Positions 30,577-37,463 of a DNA stretch of 64,000 bases are shown in pieces (the stretch's first letter is position 1; each line of letters starts with the position of its first letter). The translations under genes and the position numbers were made by a program. Under the pieces are notes generated by a model, which was given only the letters and a program-made list of their open reading frames with translations, did no database searches and had not been told where the DNA came from. Source of the stretch: Bacteroidota bacterium (GTDB taxonomy: Bacteria; Bacteroidota; Bacteroidia; 2-12-FULL-35-15); contig JAOQAE010000004.1 of NCBI GenBank assembly GCA_025963725.1, positions 243,616 through 307,615 on the forward strand, given 5' to 3'.

Positions 30577-30617
30577 TTTAGTTTAGTTTAGTTTAGTTTA
30601 GTTGGTCTTTAGTTTAG
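30577..30617. repeat. (TTTAG)5+2 pentanucleotide repeat, i.e. (CTAAA)n on the mRNA, filling the spacer between two co-oriented OMP genes
   Basis: tttagtttagtttagtttagtttag ttggtc tttagtttag read directly. It spans from the stop codon of the upstream OMP gene to 4 nt before the ATG of the downstream one. Confidence 0.9.
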
Positions 30618-31270
30618 TTTCCTTGTTTGTAAAATTTATATCCCAGTGTGCCCTGGAACCAGGCATTTTTGTAGCGTGGTGTTGTGGATGACCCGTCGCC
30701 GTTGTTGTTCTGAACATCGCAGCCAACTCTTGCGCCTAACACGATATGCCTTAAGTTAATGTCGAGGCCGCCACCGAAACCGAATACATTCTTACGCACG
30801 TTGTCGTTCTGGAACTGCTGCTCCTGAACATAGCTGGTGGATGAATTGGAGAACACATCACGCTTGTTCAGCAGGTACGAGTACTGACCTCCGAGAGCAA
30901 GTGTGATGAACTCGCTTGGCTTCAGCTGGAACTCCAGGGGAACGTCGAGGTAGGTGGTGGTCCTTGTGAAAGTATACGTGCTTCCCAGCATCATCCCGGT
31001 GGCCCTGAAGCCTTTCTGGGAGATCTGTACTCCGGGGGCTATGCCCAAATACTTTCCGAAAGGAATTTCCATGAATGCACCGGCAGCCAGGCCGAACTTA
31101 GGGCTTGCTTTAAATTCTTCTCCTTTTTCATCGTACACATTGGAATAGTTCAGGCCGGCTTTGAGTCCGAACTGGAACTTTTCACGGTTGTCGGTATCGT
31201 GTGTGTCCTGTGCATTAACTGCGCCTGTATATGACAGGAATGCTGCTGCTATTATGATTAATTTTTTCAT
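30614..31270 (-). CDS. Porin-family outer-membrane beta-barrel protein (218 aa)
   Basis: Signal peptide MKKLIIIAAAFLSYTGAVNAQ, beta-strand periodicity, C-terminal ...GYKFYKQGN. Confidence 0.55.
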   Translation of the reverse strand: MKKLIIIAAAFLSYTGAVNAQDTHDTDNREKFQFGLKAGLNYSNVYDEKGEEFKASPKFGLAAGAFMEIPFGKYLGIAPGVQISQKGFRATGMMLGSTYTFTRTTTYLDVPLEFQLKPSEFITLALGGQYSYLLNKRDVFSNSSTSYVQEQQFQNDNVRKNVFGFGGGLDINLRHIVLGARVGCDVQNNNGDGSSTTPRYKNAWFQGTLGYKFYKQGN

Positions 31271-31300
31271 GGTCTTATGGGGTTTGTTTTTTTGTTTTTT

Positions 31301-31507
31301 TTAAACTGCTTTGTTATTATCTGTTCCGAGGATAACGGAGTGGATCTCTTCTTTTGTTTTGCCGAGCTTTACCTGCAGGCGGTCCATCATTTCATTTGTC
31401 TTGCTTTCTTCAGGTTGTATCTCATTATCTGTTAGCATGGAAAATTGCTGCTTCAGCTTCTCTTTAGTTGCGTTCCAGCTTTCTTTGGTTTCTTCGTGAT
31501 CGTTCAT
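31301..31507 (-). CDS. CsbD-family general stress protein (68 aa from the ATG at 31507; the track ORF begins at a TTG at 31540)
   Basis: MNDHEETKESWNATKEKLKQQFSMLTDNEI...MMDRLQVKLGKTKEEI matches the CsbD pattern (W..LKGK.KE.WG.LTDDDL). The track's upstream start codon is TTG. Confidence 0.6.
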   Translation of the reverse strand: MNDHEETKESWNATKEKLKQQFSMLTDNEIQPEESKTNEMMDRLQVKLGKTKEEIHSVILGTDNNKAV

Positions 31508-31537
31508 TTTGCTTGGTGTGTGGTTGTTTTTCTCTGA

Positions 31538-31605
31538 CAAAGGTGCGGTATGGGGAGCCGTTATGTGTTACAGAACTTTGAGGATATGTTACATGATTCA
31601 CACAT
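31538..31605 (-). promoter_or_regulatory. Composite promoter copy A (csbD): distal GTTACATGATTCACACA (31588-31604), proximal GTTACA (31567-31572), putative -7 box CACCTTTG (complement of 31538-31545)
   Basis: One of six occurrences with conserved spacing (half-sites 21 bp apart; proximal site to -7 box 21 nt). Confidence 0.6.
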
Positions 31606-31683
31606 AACGTAATTGGTTTTTTACTCTAAAAAAAAGCCTCCGTTACGAGTTCATCATAACGGAGGCCTTGTGTATAAAGCATT

Positions 31684-33288
31684 TTATTGTTGTGAGATCA
31701 GCTTTCCTGACTGGATAACTTTGTTCTCAGCAATAACCTTGTAAAAATAAACTCCTGAAGGCAGATTGCTTGTTGAAACTGTTGTAGTTTGCTCACTTAA
31801 CACTCTGTCCATAACAACATCACCAAGGACATTGAAAATCTGTAATTCAGAGATGCTTAATTTATCATCCATCTTAACAGTTAATGATGTTGAGAATGGA
31901 TTAGGATATACAGCTAATGCACTGTTAGCCTTAGGCTCATTTATCCCTGTTGGCGTACAGATAGTCTGAACAGTTACAGTCACAGCTTCAGTAGTCACTG
32001 TTCCTGTAGTAGACATGATTCGTCCGTTGATTACTACACCTGTTGAAACATCAACAGCTCCGTTGTTTGCGATGAATGTACCTGACAATACAGAATAATC
32101 ACTGATGTCAATTGCACCGTCTACTTTCCAGTAAACATTGTTTGCCTGCGCACCGTTGATCAATTTAACTTTAGCATACGTGCTTGTAGAAAGTGCACCA
32201 TTGATCTTGATAACAAAAATTGCATTTGTATTTCCTTGCGCATCAAGATACAATGTATCAGTAAATACACATGCTGCATTCATAAGGTATGTATGTGGTG
32301 TAAGAACCAGATCCGCACCGAATTGCGCAGGATATAATAATTCAATATCTGTCGGCAATGTATTCAGGTAATTATAAACATTCAAAAGGTCTGAAGCACA
32401 AGCAGCAGTTGAACCATCAGGGATAGGGTGAATGTTTCCTGTAACGTTAAGAGCAGTAAATCCAGTAGTTAAACCTACGTTTGTTCCGATATCACCGGTA
32501 GCGTAAGAAACACCAGCGTTTGTAACTGCACCGTCAGAAGAGAAGATTGCATAACACTCAGTTGAAGCCAGATCAGGAGCAGCAGGACCTGTTAATGTAG
32601 GGCTTCCGCATCCGATAGGTGTGTAAACAACAACACCATCAACTGTTACAGCACCTGCAGTGGTAAGCGCACGGCCTTCAAGTGTATCATTTGTATTCAT
32701 TTCGATCGCAGCATTATTTGCAATGATCGTTCCTTTCATTGTACAGGCAGCAGCGATACTTACAAGGCCTTCAGCCTTCCAGTACACATTACATGCCTTT
32801 GCATTATTGATCAGTTTGATCTTTGTATTTGCATTTGCAGATAAAGATCCCGCGATCTGGAAAATAAATACTGAATTAGGGTTTCCCTGTGCATTCAGAT
32901 ACAGGTTAAGATTCAATACAGTAGCACCCGACACAGCATAAACTCCCGGAGTAAGTGTATCACCGTTTCCTAATAATGGAGCAAGGAAAAAGGTAGGTAC
33001 TGCGCTGTTAAGCTGATTATATGCTATCAAAAGATCTGCAGAAGCCTGAGCACTTACAAGATCCTGATCATGCATCTGTCCGTTTACGTTTCCAAAACCT
33101 GTGCTTGATCCGCTGTTAGCTCCAACGTTTCCTGTTACGTGGGTAATGCCCGAGTTAACAATAGCTCCGCTGGTTGTGAAAAGCGCAAAATTTGCCGCTG
33201 TTCCTAAAGTAATTGACTGGCCGAAATTAATTGCGGGTATCAAAAGTAGCATTCCTGCTGATAATGTTTTAAGTAATTTAGTTCTCAT
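31684..33288 (-). CDS. DUF3494 (ice-binding-like) family protein with two tandem DUF3494 domains and a T9SS C-terminal sorting domain
   Basis: Signal peptide. LGTAANFALFTTSGAIVNSGITHVTGNVGANSG and a second LGADLVLT.../AIFSSDGAVTNAGVSYATGDIGTNVGLTTG block. C-terminal VYPNPFSTSLTVKM...GVYFYKVIAENKVIQSGKLI matches the T9SS CTD pattern. Confidence 0.7.
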   Translation of the reverse strand: MRTKLLKTLSAGMLLLIPAINFGQSITLGTAANFALFTTSGAIVNSGITHVTGNVGANSGSSTGFGNVNGQMHDQDLVSAQASADLLIAYNQLNSAVPTFFLAPLLGNGDTLTPGVYAVSGATVLNLNLYLNAQGNPNSVFIFQIAGSLSANANTKIKLINNAKACNVYWKAEGLVSIAAACTMKGTIIANNAAIEMNTNDTLEGRALTTAGAVTVDGVVVYTPIGCGSPTLTGPAAPDLASTECYAIFSSDGAVTNAGVSYATGDIGTNVGLTTGFTALNVTGNIHPIPDGSTAACASDLLNVYNYLNTLPTDIELLYPAQFGADLVLTPHTYLMNAACVFTDTLYLDAQGNTNAIFVIKINGALSTSTYAKVKLINGAQANNVYWKVDGAIDISDYSVLSGTFIANNGAVDVSTGVVINGRIMSTTGTVTTEAVTVTVQTICTPTGINEPKANSALAVYPNPFSTSLTVKMDDKLSISELQIFNVLGDVVMDRVLSEQTTTVSTSNLPSGVYFYKVIAENKVIQSGKLISQQ

Positions 33289-33320
33289 GTTTTTTATTTT
33301 TAAGTGAATTAATTTTCACG

Positions 33321-33391
33321 GTGCAAAGATGGGGCTCTTCGATAGCGGATGTGTTACACAACCTTGTGAATAAGTTACATGATTCACACAT
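33321..33391 (-). promoter_or_regulatory. Composite promoter copy B (DUF3494 gene 31684-33288): GTTACA 33353-33358; GTTACATGATTCACACA 33374-33390; -7 box CATCTTTG (complement of 33324-33331)
   Basis: Same architecture and spacing as copy A. The proximal site also shows the palindrome-like TGTGAAT-N10-ATTCACA. Confidence 0.6.
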
Positions 33392-33459
33392 GGGGCAGGA
33401 TTTACCCAAACAAAAAGTGCTGTCTTTTAAGGGACAGCACTCTTCAATATATGGTTGGC

Positions 33460-34215
33460 TTAGTTTACTGTGATGGCATTCCCTGCCATTACCACAGCGC
33501 CTGTGCGGGCCAGTGCCCTGCCGTTAAGCGTTGCGCCTGTATTAAAGGTGATCGATTGCATGGCAAGGATGGTTCCTTTAAAAACGGAAGTGGTCCCGAA
33601 TGTTGCAGATGTGCCTACCTGCCAGTAGATATTAGCTGCTGATGCACCGTTTGTAAGGAAAACCTTGCGTCCGGCAGTAGTAGTCAGCGTAGATGCGATC
33701 TGGATAATAAAGATCGAATTTGAATTTCCTTTTCCGTCAAAGGTTACGTCTCCTGAGGAAACCGCCAGTGATGATGTGGATTTATACAAGCCCGGGGTTA
33801 AGGTCATGCCGCCGATGTTTCCCGATAAGGTTACAATATCAGTGGCAGTTCTGCCGGCTGCATCATTGTATGCTGCTGTAAGGTCGAGCTTGGCCTGGGT
33901 GGCGATCGCATCATTGATATGCTGTGTTCCTACAAGGATCCCCGGAGGAAATCCACCTATCGATGTTCCGGGGCTTAATCCCATATCGCCCGTAATACGT
34001 GTTGCACCTGTATTGCTGATGGCGGAACCCGCAAGGATGGCAAGGGTTGAGTTTGCTCCCATTGCCACAGGGGCTTGTGAGGTCGTCTGCAGTGGCACTG
34101 TTTGTGCGCTTGCAGAAGGGTTCGACGGCTGCGGCTCATCCGTGTCTTTTTTACAGCCTACAATAAAGATGATCGATACAATTGCTAAAGCGGTTATTAT
34201 TTTTTTACGTTTCAT
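33460..34215 (-). CDS. DUF3494 (ice-binding-like) family lipoprotein, single domain
   Basis: Lipobox IVGC; LAILAGSAISNTGATRITGDMGLSPGTSIGGFP; ends in repetitive T/G/A-rich beta-solenoid-like sequence. Confidence 0.65.
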   Translation of the reverse strand: MKRKKIITALAIVSIIFIVGCKKDTDEPQPSNPSASAQTVPLQTTSQAPVAMGANSTLAILAGSAISNTGATRITGDMGLSPGTSIGGFPPGILVGTQHINDAIATQAKLDLTAAYNDAAGRTATDIVTLSGNIGGMTLTPGLYKSTSSLAVSSGDVTFDGKGNSNSIFIIQIASTLTTTAGRKVFLTNGASAANIYWQVGTSATFGTTSVFKGTILAMQSITFNTGATLNGRALARTGAVVMAGNAITVN

Positions 34216-34267
34216 TTTTTTGTTTTTAAGGTTACGCTACTGGCGAACAGGTGTGATAAATTTCACG

Positions 34268-34337
34268 TTGCAAAGTTGTTAAGATTCTCCTTAGCGGGTG
34301 TTACATAACTTTATCAATAAGTTACAAGATTCACATA
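34268..34337 (-). promoter_or_regulatory. Composite promoter copy C (DUF3494 lipoprotein): GTTACA 34299-34304; GTTACAAGATTCACATA 34321-34337; -7 box CAACTTTG (complement of 34271-34278)
   Basis: Same architecture; the spacer region TTTCACG.TGCAAAG is shared with copy B. Confidence 0.55.
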
Positions 34338-34361
34338 TCGGATCTGTGATGAAGCCCGGTG

Positions 34362-36377
34362 TTAGTTGATCTGCGTGATCTTCAGCTCTACTCTCCTGTT
34401 GAGCTGCCTGCCTTCGGGGTTATCCGTACCATTGGCTTTTTTATTGCCCGATACCGGCATCGATTTTCCATAACCTTTGGCCTGCATCCTGCCTGCATCA
34501 ATCCCGCTTACTGCAAGGCTGTTTACAACAGCCTGGGCGCGCTCTTCAGAAAGCTTTTGATTGTACTCCGCATCGCCTTTGCTGTCGGTATGGCCGGAGA
34601 TCTCCACCTTCAGGTTCGGGTTGCTTTTCAGGAGCATCACAAGATTCCTGAGCTCCACGTTGGAAAGTGTGCGTAAGGTCGACTTGTCGAAATCGAAGAA
34701 AATGTTGTTGAGGATGATCTTTGATCCGACTACGATAGGGATCAGCGATACTGACCTGTCGATCTCGTAATAGTTTGATTTCTTCGGGATCTCCATGTTT
34801 TCCGAATAGAACAGGTGGTTTTCGGCCTGGTAGGTGATGTTGTAATTTTTTCCCGGTGTAAGGATGAAGAGAAATTTCCCGGTTTTTTTGTTTGTATGAT
34901 ACACTCCGACCACATGGCCTGTTTCATTATCCGTTACCGTAATAATAACTTTACCCGCCGGCTTGCCCGATTCATTATTTACAACACCTTTCATCAGTGT
35001 AAGAGGGGTTATTTTCCGGTCGGGGAAGGTAGCCATGTAATTGTCCTTTTCGCCGAACCCGTCTGCGCGGAAAGAAGAGAAATAAGCTGTGCGGTTATCG
35101 GGGCTTACCACATAAAATATGTCGTCATACGTTGTATTAAGCGGGTAGCCTGCATTTACTGGCTCTGACCAGATCCCTTCTTCGGAAAGAAGGCTGGTGA
35201 AAATGTCGAATCCACCCATTGTGTTGTGGCCGTTTGAGCTGAACGACAGCGTAACGCCATCGGGGTGGATGAATGGTGCGTCTTCGTCATAAGGCGTATT
35301 GATGTTCGGCCCCATGTTCACTGCTTTTCCCCAGTCTCCCTCTGTTGTAAGGGTGCTCATATACAGATCGCTTCCGCCAAGCCCCTCGGGCCTGTCGCTT
35401 GTAAAATAAAGTGTGTTTCCATCGGCAGAGATGAATGCGCTCGGCTCCCAGTATTTGGTGTTGATGTTCTCATTCAGCTTTACAGGTGTGCTCCATACAT
35501 CGCCGTCGAGCGAGGTGCTGTAAATATTCCCGTCTCCCATGTCATCCTTATAAACGAGAATGGTCTGGCCGTCGGGGGAAATGCCTACAGTGGCCTCATG
35601 CCATTCCGTATTCACCGGCGTTCCAATATTTGTTGCCTTCGACCAGCCTGATTTTGTCCTGTTGGCGGTATAAATATCCTCCATGTTGTTGCCTTCTTCA
35701 TCCTTCTGAATGCCTGTAGTTTCCGGCCTGCGCGATGTAAAGAAGATGGTATTCTGATCGGCAGAAAGCACCGGGGAGTAATCGGCATTGCCCGAATTAA
35801 CAGCAGTGCCGAGGTTTTGGATCTTCATGCGCACCGGTGTGGCCATCAGGATCTGCCCGCTTTTACACATTTCGATCTTACGGTTGGTTTCGCTGATGGA
35901 TTTTTTGTCTGCTTTATTTTGCGACATCAGCGCTTTATAGCTTTCATAAGCGGTGATCGCTTTGTCAAATTCATAATTTAAATGGCATGCATCGCCTAAA
36001 AGCTTATAGGCAACAAGCGGTGCTTTTGTTTCCTTGTAGGAACCGCCGTTGTAATTATCCGTAGTGGAAGTAATGGCCTTGTTAAGATATGGGATCGATT
36101 TGGCGCGCTCGCTTTTAGAGCCAAGATAGCATACGCCTATCTTAAAGGCAAGGTTCATGTTTTCCGGGTTTTGCTTATACAGCTCAAGGAAAATGGGAAG
36201 CGCTGCCGAATAGCCTCCTTTGGAATGGATCAGCGATTCGTCCTTGCCGTCCTGGTAAACTTTCGAGAATGTTTCTTCGGCGTGGTTAAAGCTTCTCTCA
36301 AAGCTTTCCTGGCTGTTTTGTGCGCTAAGGCAGAAATTGAATAATAAGGTAAGTGTAAAGATGGTAAAGAATTTCAT
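34362..36377 (-). CDS. OmpA-family protein with an N-terminal TPR region, TolB-like beta-propeller repeats and a C-terminal OmpA/MotB peptidoglycan-binding domain
   Basis: Signal peptide; repeated ...Y.S..G...YF.S.R... WD40/TolB-like blades; C-terminal NIFFDFDKSTL...LKVEISGHTDSKGDAEYNQKLSEERAQAV (OmpA_C). Confidence 0.8.
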   Translation of the reverse strand: MKFFTIFTLTLLFNFCLSAQNSQESFERSFNHAEETFSKVYQDGKDESLIHSKGGYSAALPIFLELYKQNPENMNLAFKIGVCYLGSKSERAKSIPYLNKAITSTTDNYNGGSYKETKAPLVAYKLLGDACHLNYEFDKAITAYESYKALMSQNKADKKSISETNRKIEMCKSGQILMATPVRMKIQNLGTAVNSGNADYSPVLSADQNTIFFTSRRPETTGIQKDEEGNNMEDIYTANRTKSGWSKATNIGTPVNTEWHEATVGISPDGQTILVYKDDMGDGNIYSTSLDGDVWSTPVKLNENINTKYWEPSAFISADGNTLYFTSDRPEGLGGSDLYMSTLTTEGDWGKAVNMGPNINTPYDEDAPFIHPDGVTLSFSSNGHNTMGGFDIFTSLLSEEGIWSEPVNAGYPLNTTYDDIFYVVSPDNRTAYFSSFRADGFGEKDNYMATFPDRKITPLTLMKGVVNNESGKPAGKVIITVTDNETGHVVGVYHTNKKTGKFLFILTPGKNYNITYQAENHLFYSENMEIPKKSNYYEIDRSVSLIPIVVGSKIILNNIFFDFDKSTLRTLSNVELRNLVMLLKSNPNLKVEISGHTDSKGDAEYNQKLSEERAQAVVNSLAVSGIDAGRMQAKGYGKSMPVSGNKKANGTDNPEGRQLNRRVELKITQIN

Positions 36378-36421
36378 AGGTGTCTGACTGTTTGAATGTA
36401 CCGGAATGGCCCGGTTTAACA

Positions 36422-36491
36422 GCGCAAAGGTGAAGCTCTTTGACTCAGGAAAGCTTACATAACTTTATAAAGAAGTTACATGATTCACATA
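36422..36491 (-). promoter_or_regulatory. Composite promoter copy D (OmpA-family gene): CTTACA 36455-36460; GTTACATGATTCACATA 36475-36491; -7 box CACCTTTG (complement of 36425-36432)
   Basis: Same architecture (half-sites 20 bp apart; 22 nt to the -7 box). Confidence 0.55.
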
Positions 36492-36515
36492 TTACTTTTC
36501 GGGAGGCTTATGATT

Positions 36516-36911
36516 TTATCGTTTTTTGCTGTTCACAAGACTATCGGTGAACAGGATCAGGTCTTTCGTAAACAGGTCGAGCCTGGAAATGGATTGAGTC
36601 AGATAGCCGGATACCGTTCTCAGCTCTTCCTGTGAAAGCTCCTGCTCTTCCAGCATGCTCGATATTCCTAAAATATTTGTGATGGGTTGTCTTAGCTGGT
36701 GTGTGGTGAAGAACATGATCTGCTGAAGGCCACGGACGTAGTCCTGAAGATCTGCCTTTATTTCCACGAGCTCTGCAGAATCTGCGCAGGGCTCAGCCGG
36801 TCTGCTTTCGTGTGCAGGCGTATGTGGAAATCTTGTCTCCACCGGCTTAACAAGGGGGTGGGAAAATATAATAGCGGAGGGTTCCCTGAAAAATGGGCTT
36901 TTATTTATCAT
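36516..36911 (-). CDS. HisKA (dimerisation/phospho-acceptor) domain-only protein; no ATPase domain; true start probably internal
   Basis: FFTTHQLRQPITNILGISSMLEE matches the H-box (hEL+TPL..I.G....L). The ORF ends about 60 aa after it with no HATPase_c. The promoter copy E -7 box lies at ORF residues ~9-12, so the ATG at 36911 is unlikely and translation may begin at a downstream Met. Confidence 0.4.
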   Translation of the reverse strand: MINKSPFFREPSAIIFSHPLVKPVETRFPHTPAHESRPAEPCADSAELVEIKADLQDYVRGLQQIMFFTTHQLRQPITNILGISSMLEEQELSQEELRTVSGYLTQSISRLDLFTKDLILFTDSLVNSKKR

Positions 36912-36935
36912 CGCAAAGTGTTTAAATGTTCTGAG

Positions 36936-37002
36936 GCTAAATTACTGAACTGCCAACAGGCAGCAGTTACAAAATACCTTCAAAAACTTACATTATTCAC
37001 AC
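36936..37002 (-). promoter_or_regulatory. Composite promoter copy E (HisKA-only gene): GTTACA 36965-36970; CTTACATTATTCACACC 36986-37002; -7 box TAATTTAG (complement of 36938-36945)
   Basis: Variant half-sites with conserved 21-bp spacing; 19 nt to a TAnnTTTG-like box. Confidence 0.45.
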
Positions 37003-37020
37003 CTTGCGATTTGTTACCTC

Positions 37021-37458
37021 TTACATGCGCTCCATGTACCAGCTCAGCTCTTTTTCCATTTTCTGGTAATGGAGAATGGTTGTAATGATCTTCTGCAGGC
37101 GCATAAAAGCGGTTTCGCTCTTCACAATATAATCGAAGGCCTTGTGGTGCATACAGTTGATGGCAACATCGATCTTATCCTGGGAAGACAGCATCACCAC
37201 CGGAATAGATGGGTTTAATGCCTTGATCTTGTCAAGCGTTTCCATTCCGTTCATTGCATTTTTATCGATGCCGTCGAGATGGTAATCGAGAATAATAACA
37301 TCGGGCTTGTCTTCCGGCAGGTGCTGCATGCAAAGCTCGCCCGTTGCAAATGTTTTCACGATAAAGTTATCCTGCTGCATAAATTCGATCTCCATCATTC
37401 TTAAGAATATGGCATCATCATCAACCAGGAAAATTTTTATTTTGTTTTCAGTGTTCAT
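37021..37458 (-). CDS. Stand-alone CheY-like response regulator receiver protein
   Basis: KIFLVDDDAIFLRMMEIEF...DVIILDYHLDG...VVMLSS...K: a receiver fold with no output domain (145 aa). Confidence 0.8.
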   Translation of the reverse strand: MNTENKIKIFLVDDDAIFLRMMEIEFMQQDNFIVKTFATGELCMQHLPEDKPDVIILDYHLDGIDKNAMNGMETLDKIKALNPSIPVVMLSSQDKIDVAINCMHHKAFDYIVKSETAFMRLQKIITTILHYQKMEKELSWYMERM

Positions 37459-37463
37459 CTTAA

